This document shows, one piece after another, positions 14,401 to 27,379 of a stretch of 64,000 nucleotides of DNA. This DNA comes from Takakia lepidozioides. Its lineage: Eukaryota; Plantae; Bryophyta. The stretch spans positions 59,706,001-59,770,000 of the forward strand of contig CM060732.1 of NCBI GenBank assembly GCA_030704615.1, given 5' to 3'. Under the pieces are notes generated by a model. It saw nothing but the letters and a program-made list of their open reading frames with translations. It searched no databases and was not told the origin of the DNA. The position numbers and the translations under genes were made by a program. Position 1 is the stretch's first letter, and the number at the start of each line of letters is the position of its first letter.

Positions 14401-15410
14401 GAGACTATCATAGACCGCATGCGCTGACACTCCTTCTCCAACATGCTTTAATCCAATAGCTTTTCCTCTGATGTGCATCGTGCCAGGCTTCTATCTTGTG
14501 CAGGGCCAGGTGCATGCGCATGGCTGGCTACGCGACCCACCATTACCCCCTTTCACTTGTCATCACCTATCTTTGTCACGGCTCTTCGTTTGCGACTTGG
14601 AATATTACTGCATCCTTCTGTGTTAGGCCTGCGACATTGTGTTTGCCACCAGCCTATTGACGCATTTCGTATCCACCTCCTTCGATGTCCATGTGGGGAG
14701 ATTGCACTGCCACCCATGACGACGTCAAAGATGCTATCACATCGATTATGCAAAAGGCTGGTTTCCATGTCTTGCACGAGCAATCTCATGTCCTCATTTG
14801 TCACACTCTTCAATCCACACGACGACGTGTCGATATCATCCTGTCTAAAGATGATCTTCACACCCTAGCCGACATTGTCATTGCTGACTCTACCTAATCC
14901 GACCTACTTTCACGTTCAACATCCTCCCAGGGCTCCGCGGCTTTGATTGTTGCTCAAGTCAAGGAACGCGACTATCGGGACATACATCCTACTGACATTT
15001 TCATCCCTTTGGCTGTGGAGGTATTCGGCTGTCTCCATCGCCAGTTTGACGACCTACTCAATTCATGTGCCCATCAAGCAGCTCAAAACAAGACCACGGA
15101 CATTCCATATGCCTTTGTTCTTGTGGCCTTTTACAGCCAAAAAATTGCCGTTGCATTACAGAGAGCTCAAGCAATGGCCATTTTACATTGGGCAGACGTA
15201 GCTAGATCGGCTTCATCCCACCTCCCAACACTCCCAGACGTTATGCCCATGTGGCCCTCCGACCTACTTAAGGGAGTAGGTTGGGATGACTGATCAGTTT
15301 GAATAGTTTAGTTTAGCTTGCTCCCTTTCCTCCCTTCTTTGTCCTTCCCCAAGTTTTGGGGTCTTTCTATCATATGTTCAAATACCTCATGTTTCCTGTA
15401 AATAAAGCTG
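11440..15410 (+). mobile_element. Decayed non-LTR retrotransposon, CRE-like clade (zinc finger + RT + restriction-like endonuclease)
   Basis: Frameshifted CSAC..LARHQRTC finger (~12270-12335); RT motifs SAPGPSG, IRPIAIGEV, VVHGIQA..QVDVANALIN, GTRQGDP, VADDT; REL region C..CGDCTATHDDVKD..RRVDI..ADIVIAD..KERDY..FIPLAVEVFG; many stops and frameshifts; 5' boundary approximate. Confidence 0.8.
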
Positions 15411-16104
15411 TAAAGGATTTCAACAGCATCAACTACTGAAAAATGAAACCATTTCAAACACAACATAGTGGGAATGATTAAATTGTGACTTACACATGTG
15501 ACATCTCTATTGCACATTTTTTATACCACTTGAAACCATTACATTTTTCTTGGACATTTTTCACTGAAGTCGTCGAGTGCAGAGCAATATGAAGCACCTC
15601 CACCCTGGTTCCATCCACTAGAAGGTGTCCACCTTCCAAACAGAAGGAAACAATCCGTCAAGGTGAAGAGAGACCATAATTTGCACCCCTTTTTCAACAA
15701 ACTATCAAGCCTCTTTTTTAGATCAGAGGGGAAAAAAGGACTACAATTTTTTTTGCCTGTCCAATTCTTTGCTTTGAAGAGGATCTGTGAGGATCACTAT
15801 TGCTTTCCAGGCAACTTACATACCAGTTTAGCCCTCACATTCATACTGGCTTGAACAATCGGGAAATTCTTTTGGAGGAATCAGTGCCTTTTGGCAGTTT
15901 TCCTCTGGTTTTCAGTTGTCCTGTCGCCTGCCTATCAGTCATGCCAATCACCCCCATGGATTGAGGTAAAACATCTCAATGCCTTTCTGGAGGGCAACTA
16001 GAAGGTTATCAATAGTTGGTCTCCATAAGCTTGCTTCTGGTGAACAGTCTAGACTTCCTAATCATCTAGTCTAATGAAGCCACTACATCATGAACCAATC
16101 TATG

Positions 16105-19100
16105 TCATGTTGGTTTCAGCTTCAGCTTCTCACACACATGTCGTTGTAGTTCAAGTCTCTCACCCGCCCAGCTTGGATCGTTGTATGCGGCTGGATCACT
16201 TGGACATCCTTTCTGCCATCAGAGTTAGTTGAGTGAATTAGGTCCATCATTTTATGGAGAATCAATAGGGTCCTAGATGTGAACTCAGAAACATTACCGC
16301 GTAGCAAACACAGCAGGCCAAGAAACTCAATCAGAAAATGGAAAACATTGTAAATGCACTCAGTATGGGTACATGAAACAATCTACCAGCATTGTGTAGC
16401 AAGTTGGAACGCATCAGATATGAGCTGAACATGACTCTCCAGAGACGTACCCTGGGCATGGAGCAAGGAGAAATGGAAGACAAAAAAATACCAAAGCAAG
16501 GGCTCGGAATGTGTCTTCCTTGTTGCAGAGCTCGCGTATAACCAATGGGGTTGGGTTAGGATCACTTTGGAAACGTGAGAAAAGGCGTGTGTCCCGCAAT
16601 CTCATTAGTACCCCATCAACTCGAAGCTACAATCATTACCAAACCATTCAACAGAACACCTACACATCAATGAGCGCATGGCACATCCACATAGCAGCCA
16701 TGGGCTGCATGGGACAAAGCAGACAGAAATATGTCACTCAGCCTTCTGAGCAGAAGGCTCAGAAGTGCATCAGCAGTAAGTAGGGAGTCAAAAGTAAAAA
16801 TCAATAGAAGAAGATATGACACAAGCTGCCACACAAGATAAACATCTAGCAGCTATGGCTACTTGGCAGCCAGAAGCCAATGGGTACTTGCTTGATAGTA
16901 CCAGGAGGTACCCCTATAACTACAGCAACGTCTGTAGGCGTCTTCCATTGGGCACAGAGCTTACAGGGGAGCAACACCAGCCCAAAGTTTATGGAAACCT
17001 CAGCAAGATTGAGACTTAGTACAGGGTGATTTAATTGTTGGTCTCAGTTGATTGACATTTGTTTCCAACTGCAAGGTTGACAGAGAAAGAGCAGATTTGA
17101 GCTTCCAATTACTAGTTGGCAAGGTGAAGAGCAATTTACCCAAAATCGTAGTAGGAGAAACCAGCAGCTTGGCATCACTCTCTGCAAAGCTCAATACAAC
17201 GAGCCACTTCAATGAGATAACGTGATTCCAGGACAGGACCGCTTACATGCTCTTCTCTACAATTGTCGTACAAACACTTTTCCCACCTGCCTGTGCCCAT
17301 TACCATGGGTGTTTCACTTTTAGCCAAGCATACGTTGATTGAGTGAGCTGCTAATCACAGCTACTCCTCCTGGCAATAGAACCCCCTGGGAAAAGGTGCT
17401 TGTATACCAGACAAACATGGAGGTGCAGGAAACAATGACCAAGGAAAAGAGGAGGGATGTGGCCACATGCACTTGAAGAAAGTAAATGACATGAAGAGAA
17501 TCGCTAGGAAAAATAGTCAGCCACCTACCACTTTAACTGACAAGAGAGCGACCCCATTATCTGCCAACTCATCTTCATACAGCACCACCTGCACCAAACC
17601 TGACCAAAATGAATAGGAGAAACCAAAGAGTAAGGAGATTTTCATTGTGTGGCACCCACTGCCATGTTTGCAAACTGGCCCATCCAAATTGGCAACAAAC
17701 GGGTAATGTTACAAGTAGTGGACAAGCCATAAATATTGTTAAAAGTGTGCTATCAATCAGTATTGTGGGGAGTTTTAGAAGTTGATTTTGGCTTACATAA
17801 CAAGTCCCCAGGAACTCAGTGCACTGATTCATCAGAGGGGAAGAGGATGGCCAGCTCCCTAACCTCACACGGCCAACAAACCAAGCAAAACTCAGATGCC
17901 AAAGGAACTCCATCCAACAGAAGCACTAGAGACTGCCTGTACCTCATCATAAAACAAAATTGGGTCCCTAGCTTGCAGCAGCACCATGTCAATGCATTCA
18001 TCACATTCCACCCATTCCACAGCTCCATTTGCAGCTCCCCTGTCACTCACGACTGGAGCCTGTTACATGGATCAGATATAATCAGTCTTAATTGCTCCAT
18101 ACAGAGAAATGAACGTGGTTTTTTGATGTGAAAGAATTTTACAGAGCAATTGAGTGTACCATAAACACCACACAGTCACAACCAACCAACACACAAAGTC
18201 TTGAGGGTCAAAATAGGGGTGTCTAGACACAACTTCTGATCGGTAGCTCCAGTAAAGGACAAGACAGGATTACTGGGTCTCAGAGAGCCAATAAAGATTG
18301 TGCCTTGTTAGTGGGCAGGCTGTTACTATCATCATGAGGACTGGTTAATTGGTGGGGTAAAAATAGAAACCAAATCAATTCACTAGAAGCCAACACGTAA
18401 CGACCAGAGTCGAAAGACTCACCTGTTTGTCTTCCAATTGACTACAATAACTGCCGCAGTAGGGGGTGGTAAAAGTGTAGTCATAATCTAAGATCACCTG
18501 CTGACTTGGTTTGCTGCAAAGTCACATCAGGGTTTTCATCAAGATGACTCCCAGACCTCCAGACTCCCACACAAGGACAAAAAAGGAAAACCATCAGAAA
18601 TCTACACCTCTCCTTTGGGAACTACATTGCAAGCTTGCAATAGATTGGCCAGCCGATTACTCTCAGTACTCTTGACCTTAAAGTTGCAAATCACTTGGGA
18701 CTAACAAACATTTACACCTTGTCTAGAGGCATGCATAAGGCACTGATTTTCCATCATCCTGAACTTCGTTGGGACCACTCTCTCGGAGAAGGTCTGCAGG
18801 TTGACTGCTGGTAACAAGAGGCTCTCAAGGGACCTTGAGCGCTTCACTAAAACTCCACATTCAGGTCCAACGTAGTAGCCACTTATCATACTGGTCACTT
18901 AGAGGCTCAAGCTAAAAATATTGAAGGGGCGGGGATGGATGCTGAATGTTTATCAGGGTTCCACATGGCATGCCACAATGCCAGCCCAGGGTGGCTTCAA
19001 TACATCAAGCTGTTTGAAGGATGTAGGGTTCGGGAAGACATTGTGAGGAAAGAACTTGATGCTGCAATGAGCACCTTGTCTTGAGCTCTAGATTCTAGGA

Positions 19101-19927
19101 CGTACATCCCAGGCATAAACCCTCACTTTTAGACATGAAATCGTACCCTCAAGCTGCAACCCTACCCTCCAACCTTCAAATGCAAGTGTTCAAGAAAGCA
19201 TGCAAATCATGGACCTTCTGAATTTCCACTTAGCAGCGGCTGGCACTTCAACAGGCGGCAGGCTTTCTCGCTTCCACCCGCGCAGGGCATCCAAAGCATT
19301 AAAGGAGATTTTAATTCCAGTCGCTTCATGTACCAGCTCTAGGGAGCTATCTCCAAACACCATCTCCGGCAAGTGGGGTGTTCCCAGAATCTTCTCCCAC
19401 CTGCTTCCCACAAATCCCACCTTGAAGTACATGTGGGAATTCCACCTACATTATTCTGCAACATTGCTCTTACGATGGTCATGGCGGAAGACGAAGGAAA
19501 CAAGTCAACCCGAGCAGCTGTCAATTGAGCTGATTTAGCCATGTTTCGCGGCATCGAGGCCAATTGTACAAGCTAAGGTTTAGACCAGCTGGTCATCCTC
19601 TTCAGAATGGAGCAGGCTGAACACAGACTGCACCGACTAGAATTTACATTCTTAGGTCAATCCAATCACCATAAAACCTTGAATGGACAAAAACTAGGGC
19701 GGATACCGTTCCCTAGCCTCAATCTTGAGAATCGGACGCTTGCGTGACTCAATGCGCCAGCCGGAGATGCGAAGGCCATGGCTATCCCCCTCTATAATCT
19801 CCGCCCCCGCTGCCTTGAGTGCCCTCTGCCGCACCTTGCCTTCATCCACTTCTTCGGGATGCTCCGAGGGCTTTGGGTACACTTGAGCAGCTGGATGGGG
19901 ACCGCATGCACAGTTCTCGCAGGCCAT
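16105..19927 (-). CDS. TIP41: TIP41-like protein (PP2A/TOR pathway), 8 coding exons
   Basis: GT-AG exons spell GWRIESRKRPI, LPEMVFG..FNALDAL..W, KPSQQVILDYDYTFTTPYCGS, RDPILFYDE, VVLYEDELADNG, RVMPSCWFLLLRFW, LRVDGVLMRLRDTR, KGCPSDPAAYND..KPT*. Confidence 0.92.
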
Positions 19928-20311
19928 GCCCGAGCCTAAAAGAGAGGCAGGGTGGAGCTGTTGTCAGTCTAGTGATCCAAGCCTGGAAGCACACAAGCGA
20001 AGCTGAGAGACTTGAAGGCACCCAACTCCTAAACAAGTGAAATACTTACTTGTAAGTACACACGCTTCCTGTCCCCCACCTTTAGCAACAAGGCAGAACC
20101 AAAGTTACAGACTCTTAAGTAAAAGTAACTTTGAATCCATTCTCAGATGCTAGCTTTCAGCAGCTAGCAATTAGGGTGCCACTCCCCTTTTATTTTTTGG
20201 GTAACAGGGGGATTGTAGCCCTGTAGAACTTTATTAATAGAGGTAAGGAAAAAATACCTTACAAAGAGCCATAAGAGAGCCATAAGGCGGAGGACTGAGA
20301 TACCTTACAAA

Positions 20312-20458
20312 TTAGGGGTTAGGGTTCCAAATATAGAAATATATATATATATATTTATTTATTATTTTTAATTTCCAGTAATAGACAAGCCATATATGTA
20401 TGTCATATGTGTATATACTTATTAAGCTGCATTGTTAACTTGGAACCCCTAGCCCTAA
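20312..20458. mobile_element. MITE-like element (~147 bp) with 19-bp imperfect TIRs
   Basis: TTAGGGGTTAGGGTTCCAA (20312-20330) versus TTGGAACCCCTAGCCCTAA (20440-20458), with AT-rich core. Confidence 0.5.
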
Positions 20459-21336
20459 CGTGACCGCCAGTTGACCTCGCCATCCTCACCTTCAGTAGGC
20501 GAGAGAGCACGGGAGCCCAGTTGGGGGGGGGTCTTTCCAATGAATTGAAGGCTCGGATAAACGGGTGCCGATGAAGCTGCCCTTACACCAAGTGATATCA
20601 CATTTCTTACGAAGCTGCAACCGTCTGTGTTGAGAAGCTCGGGGAAGAGCTGCAAAGATCAGCAACCACGCTTTTCGAGAGTTAAGCTTCGTAGTAAGGA
20701 AATCGATAACTCTGATGTCAAAAAGAGTCGGGGGATGGCATCCCAGCGCAGGGGCACATTCCAAACGATAGCCTAATTTTAGAGAAGATCTAGCAGATAA
20801 GGAGGAATGTGGCTGGAGATAAGGGGTCACAAGAGTCAACAAAAAAGGAGACGAAAGAGGAGGGGATGATATATAATGGTGTAATGCTATTTAGAAATGA
20901 AATTGAACATTTATAATTAAAAACAATTATATTAATAAGCTCATGTGTATATAGAAACCGATGTATTTTCACAGGTCGCCCTCGTCCCGTATACCCGTCG
21001 GATGATCTATCTGGGATTAGGGAGGTACTCTGAATGGGTACTTTGCAAGACTTCACCCTGCCTACTTGAGTATTGTATGGACATGCAGGAAAGGGTGCTC
21101 CTAGGCGGAAGAGAATGGAGTTTTGTTGCAGGAAAACATTTTTCGTCAAGTCCAGGGGGTGCAGACACACCTGCGCGAATTACAGGTGACGAGATGAATG
21201 GAGTTGCTACATGTACTAGGCTTAGGTGCTATGGCTTTCATATAAGTTTCACTTTTAAGTTAGTTGTCAAACAAGGATTCATTATGTAGCAACAATAGTA
21301 TTTTTTTTCTTAGTTGTCAACAAACAAACAAAGAAT

Positions 21337-22982
21337 GATTGGTGACGCAAGTTTAGATAGAGATGCAGCTTTAGGGAAGCGAAAGAAATCTTCAGTCCAA
21401 TTGTTGAGAGAGAGATACTGCAACCAACTTCAAACAATCATACTTGAGTATGAAAACCCAGGAACAACATGATGTTGTAATCGAGTACATAGCAGCAAAA
21501 AAAAAAAACGTTGTGCATTATATGTTATTCCGTATCACAAGTCGTTGACAAAACAGTATTGTTACTGAGATTTTTGAATCACGGTCGGAAGAGGTAGTTG
21601 TGCCTTTAAACCGATATCAGTTATGACGAGTCCACTGCCATAAATTATGCGTAGATTGTTTTACATCTTTTGGTCTACATACTTGTCATATATGTACGCG
21701 TTCGACATCATCTATAGATTTAATTTTTCATACGAGATGTTGGATGCAATGTGTAATAATAGACAATGTAGTTGTTAATTCCATTGAATCTTTTAGGGCT
21801 GTAATTAATTTTGCTAAGAAGGAGCAAACCGAGTCGAGAGATGCATTTTTCGTTGTAGCAAAATGTACAATCCCTAGTGCATTATTGTCTGCAAAAAACC
21901 TTCTATGTAAAATTGGCCTACCGGATAGCATTGAGATTCATATAGTTTATAGTGATGTCCCAAAAGAACGTGAAGCCAGAGTGGTTGCACGAAAATACGA
22001 AGGACATTTGGGCTGCTTATACAAAATACAACACAAGGATAACAACATCGTTGGTGGTATTTAATGGGAACGGCGCATTGGGAGAAGACAGTCTGTAGTC
22101 AACGGCGGAAGCCGCATCAAAGAGCGGAGAATTGAAAGATGGATGGACCCAAAATCTCACTGTGTTGACTAATCACGTGAAGCGACGAGTGGTTCTTGAG
22201 AAAGCTCGTGCGAGGATTATAGAGTTTCTAGGGAAGAGAGAATTAGAAAGCGGAGAGAAGTGGTCACAGTACTTCGAAGAGTTTTCTGATGATGATTCGA
22301 ATGAGGTGTTTGTTGGAGAAGAGGAGATTCACACGACAGTGAAGCGTCTCCTAAAGAGATGATCACTTGATTCCAATCAATATATCCATGATATCGAGGC
22401 TGCAATGGCTTGAGAGCTCTATCAAGAGAACAGATGATACTAATGAGGAGTTATCAAGGAATATTGAGAAGTTAGAAGAGGATTCGTTGATGAAGGATAG
22501 AAGGATTGATGCCATGGAAGGGACGATAGCCACACTGATGACTGAAGTCCAGATATAGAGCCTTATCTATCTATGGAACATTCTGGATACAACGCAAGGT
22601 CAGATTGTTAGATGTCAAGCAAATTTATATTTTCAAAGTGCACCTTATAAAAGGAGGAGTGGACATATGACTAGAAGAGGGCCAAGGCTATCTAAAACTC
22701 ATGGGTATGCTACAACTATTACTATTAGAGGCAACACTGATAGGTATTCAAGTAAATCTACATCGACCAAAAACGACTAGTATATCGTGATAGCAGTGAT
22801 AGTATTGTAGAAGTATTTGGAGTGGAGTTCAGGCAATTTAGTTTCCCTCATTTATTATAGACTTATTTGAGGAACAAATGAGTCCCTTTAACTATATTAA
22901 AATAGGGTTGAAATGGTCCAAAGTACCTATGCACCAGTTTCATATGAAAAAGTTAACTGTGGTACCTACACACGTGGACATA
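21337..22982 (+). pseudogene. Intronless AT-rich RING-finger-containing ORF relic, with a ~470-bp coiled-coil-encoding insertion (~22086-22558)
   Basis: CIIC (~21515) ... HCHKLCVDC..TCHIC (~21635-21697) across frameshifts; multiple stops. Confidence 0.5.
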
Positions 22983-24090
22983 TCAGACAACAATAGCAGT
23001 ATCATCTACTGGGCAAAAAGAGGCGCACCAACTGAAGAAGATTTTTTTGTGAACCAGTTCTTCTACAAGTTTGAGACAATAGACACAACTACAATATTTA
23101 TTTGATTTCTTAGCCCGTGGAACATTTGCAACTAAAAATGTGTCCATGTGTGTAGAAACCACAGTTGACTTTGTCATATGAAATTGGTGCATAAGTACTT
23201 TGGACCCTTTCAACCGTATTTTAATATAGCTAAATGGACTCATTTGTTCCTCAAATAAGTCCACAACAAAAGGAGAGAAACTTTGCCTAAACTCCACTCC
23301 AAAAACTTGTTGCAAATACTATCACTGCTATCACGATATGCTACTTCGTATTCTGTCGATGTAGATTTTACTTGAATTACCTATCAGTATTGCCTCTACT
23401 AGCAATAATTGCATCATACCCATGACTTTAAGATAGCCATGGCCCTCTTCTAGTCATGATATGTCCACTCCTCCCTTTATAAGGTGCACTTTGAAAATAT
23501 AAATTTGGTAACATCTAACAATCTAACCTTGCGTTGTATCCAGAATGTTCCGTAGGTAGATAAGGTGATGTTGTTAGCCTGGAGGTCGCTGAAATCCAAA
23601 AGCAAACTGTCTTCAGCTCCCAATGTGCCGTTCCCATCGAATACCACCAACGATGTTGTTATCCTTCGTTGTATTTTGTATAAGCAGCCCAAGTGTCATT
23701 CCTATTTTCGTGCCAACAGTATGGCTTCACGTTCGCTTTTAGAGTCTTTTGGGACATCACTATAAACTATATAAATCTCCATGCTCTTAGATAGGCCAAT
23801 TTTACGTACAAGGTTTTTTGCAGACAAGGATGCACTAGGGATTATACATTTTGCTACAACGAAAAATGCATCTCTCGACTCGGTTTGCTCCTTCTTAGCA
23901 TAATTAATCACATCCCTAAATTGTTCAATGGAATGAACAACTACAAATTTGCCTATTATTATACATTGCATCCAACATCTCGTATGAGAAATTAAATCTA
24001 TAGTTGATGTTGAATGCGTACAAATAGGACAAGTTTGTAGACCAAAAGATGTAAAACAATCTACGCTATGGCAGTGGACTCTGTAACGAT
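21620..24090. repeat. Long imperfect inverted repeat (arms ~21620-22982 and ~23138-24090, loop ~155 bp)
   Basis: ORF 21744+ and ORF 23702- encode near-identical peptides (AKKEQTESRDAFFVVAKC), as do ORFs 22878+ and 22983- (MSPF.YIKI.LK.SKV.MHQFHM). Confidence 0.92.
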
Positions 24091-24327
24091 CAAACCTCTT
24101 ATGGAAAATGCTTAACAATTAAGCCACCTATGAGCAAGATAACCTCCCAACCTTAGAGACCTCTCTTGCCTGCTTGCTAAAGAGTGCAGGATCCATCTTG
24201 GTGCTAAGACTGCCATGCTCTCACAAGACTCTTTGAGGTCTCACCCTTTGCTCTTAAGATATCCAGGCTATAGCTATTCCTGATATCCCTTCATGCTCTT
24301 AAAGCTTATGTTTTTCTTTACTTGGCT

Positions 24328-27300
24328 TTACCCTTCTTTTAGACTTTTGCAAATCTTGACTATGCCCTTTTCTAGGGCTCCTTCGCTGGCACACGCATTG
24401 AGAAGACAAATGAATGTGACATTATTGGGTGTCACCCCTTCCCGTTGCATTTGCTCATACATCTCCAAAGCATCCTGACCACACCCATGCTGAACATATC
24501 CTGCCATCATAGCACTCCATGACACCACATTTCGTTTAGCCATATTATCGAACACTTGACGAGCATCCTTCATGCTCCCACATTTGGCATACATGTCTGC
24601 GAGGGCAGTCTCCAGAATGATGTCTGCCACAATTCCACTTTTGCTGATGTCAGCATGGACCCGCTTGCCCTCTTCCAGGGCTGTGAGGCTGGCACAGGCA
24701 TTGAGAATGCAAGTGAATGTGACCCCATCAGGCATCACACCGTCCTGTTTCATTTGTTCATACATCTCCAAAGTATCCCTACCGCATGCATGCTGAGCAT
24801 ATCCTGCCATCATGGCATTCCATGACTACATTTCGCTGAGCCATACTGTTGAACACTTGGCGCGCAACCTTCATGCTGGCACACTTGGCATACATGTCAA
24901 TAAGGGTATTGTCTAAATTCACATATGTTGCAATTCCAGCTTTGATGATGTCAGAATGGACATCTCTGCCCTTTTCCAGGGCTCCTAGGCCGGCACACGC
25001 ATTGAGAACACAAATGAAAGTGACCCGGTCAGGCACCACCCCTTTCCTAAATCTCCAAAGTCTGCCTAGCACACCCATGCTGGAGATATCCAGCCATCAT
25101 GGCATTCCATGAGACCACATTTCGTTGAGCCATATTGTCAAACACATTACGTGCATCCTTCATGCTTGCACACTTGGCATACATGTCAATAAGGGTATTC
25201 TCCAAATTACTATAGGACGCAATCCTCGCTTTCACAATGTCGGCGTGAACCTCTTTGCCCTTTTCAAGAGTTCGTAGACTGGCACATGCTTTGAGAATGC
25301 AAATGAATGTTATCCTGTCAGGCATTACCCCTTCCCGTTGCATTTGCTCATAGATCTCAAAAGCCTCGCTACCATATCCATGCTTAGCATACCCTGCTAT
25401 CATTATAGTCCACGTAAACAAAGTTCGCTCCAGCATTTTGTCAAACACTCTGCGTGCATCACCCAGGCTCCCGCACTTGGCATACATGTTGACAAGGGAG
25501 TTAAGTACGAAGTTGTTTGGCTTCAATCCACTGTGGATAATGTGGGCGTGCACCTGCTTTCCCTCTGCTAGACCTTTCACGTTGATGCACTCTTGCAAGA
25601 GACAGACATAAGTATTGGAGTCTGCCTGAATGCCTTGCTTGTTCAAAATGTGCAATGCCTCTTTTAGTTGTCCTGCCTTACATAGTGTCCTCACATAATC
25701 AGGAGTCGAAGAAGAGTTCTCATTGACTCCCTCTTCTGCTCCTCTTTCAAAAGAAGTGGTGATGGTGGAGGTGCTATCCTTGCTACCAGTTGCAAGTCTA
25801 CATAGTGACCGCGCCTGGTGCAACCCTGCCATCCTGCATGAATTAAAAACTCTTAGTTACTTATCTTCACAATCAAACTCACATTACAGATCTCAAAGCT
25901 CCTGGATACATAAAAGGTATAAAAGGCTATGAGGAAGTCATCTATATTGAGACTAACTCCACCAGATTTATCTGCCCATGTTGGAACCCTTGCATCATCA
26001 ACAAAGAGTACCTGTGAAACTCTTGGCCTGGAGCTCTATGGTGTCCATTGGCAGCAGAAATGTCACCAGATTGTGCTTGACATAGTATCATTCGAGCTAG
26101 CTCTTCTTGAACCCAAGGAGGCTTGGACCCACTCTCAATCCAAAGGACCTCCTTTACGTGCTGATGGCTGATGTCTTGTGATCTTGGACTTTTCTGTAGA
26201 AACCATCAGTGGGAAGCTCAGCAAGCCACAACTTCAACAGCACTATCGAGAGTCCAACAGAGAAATAATATCAACAACTAAGCAACTAGGTACACAATCC
26301 TGTAATCATCATGCCAGCTTTAAGTCACCATCGCTGCTTAACAAACTCTTTCTCATCAATGAAGATGGCCCCACCTTCTCAAATCTATTGTTGCACCACT
26401 TTGAACAATTTGAGAAGAGCTCCTGCAAGAGCCATTCTATGCTCATTGTTTGACCTGCGTTCAAAACTGCAAGAACATGAGGACTTTGCCAGCACGATTG
26501 CCTCAATCTCTATTGAGAGGTACTACTGCAACTTCAGAGAACACTTCTGCAAGTGGTCTTGGCATTCAGCAGCTTATCTTCATGAGGTCCTCCTTACTTC
26601 ATCAGTGTGTTTAGTGTTTCTGTTTGTTATACAGTACCATCAGCTCTTTTAGGTGTCCATGCACATTATGAAGCTCCTTTCTTTCTTTCTTTCTTTCTCT
26701 GTCACATGAATGCAAGCACTAGCAACATACCAGTAATTATAGATGTTGCAGAAGATACTGGAGGAGATTGTGGTGGCAAAGGCCTCCCTTCATGTTTGTC
26801 CACCACCCCTGATTGATGACATTCTGCCCTTTGACCACAGTCCATCTCACCAGAATCTGACATCCTGTCCTGAAACTTCAAAGCAGGTCCATCGTTCACA
26901 CCAAACTTACACCCATATGCTGATATCCACTGTGTTTGACCTTGTGTCCTGATAGCTAGCTCTGCCTTCATCCAAGGAGTGTTCAACCAAATCCCAATCC
27001 AAAGGACCTCCTTTGTGCATTTTTGGCTGCAGTCTGGTGATCTTGGACTTATTCTGTGAGAACCACAAGTTTGCAGCTGAGCAGTGATAGCTTTAACCAC
27101 AGCCTCATATAGACCAGGCTACAACCACCAAAGCTCCACAAGCCTTGCTTCAAACAACAGGCCAAATGCACCAAGATATAGTGGATTAACAATCAAACTG
27201 ATCTAACAATGAGAACCACATCACATATGCCAGACAATTGGCCCAGAATACAGAAATACTCCATTAGACCAGTTCACTCATCAAGTCCCCGTTCATCCTA

Positions 27301-27379
27301 TCAAATAAACAATAGGAATAACCTCACCTTGTCACGCCTGTTGTCCCACGACTCCAAATCATTGTGGCCATCTCTGTGC
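24328..27379 (-). pseudogene. PPR-A: PLS-class PPR gene with two upstream PDF-motif modules; frameshifted and 3'-truncated (no E/DYW)
   Basis: Predicted exons 27379-27328, ~27054-26731, 26454-26375, 26193-26012, then PPR exon from 25833; PPR tract split over 3 frames (25047-25832, 24779-25078, 24328-24813) and ends abruptly. Confidence 0.8.
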
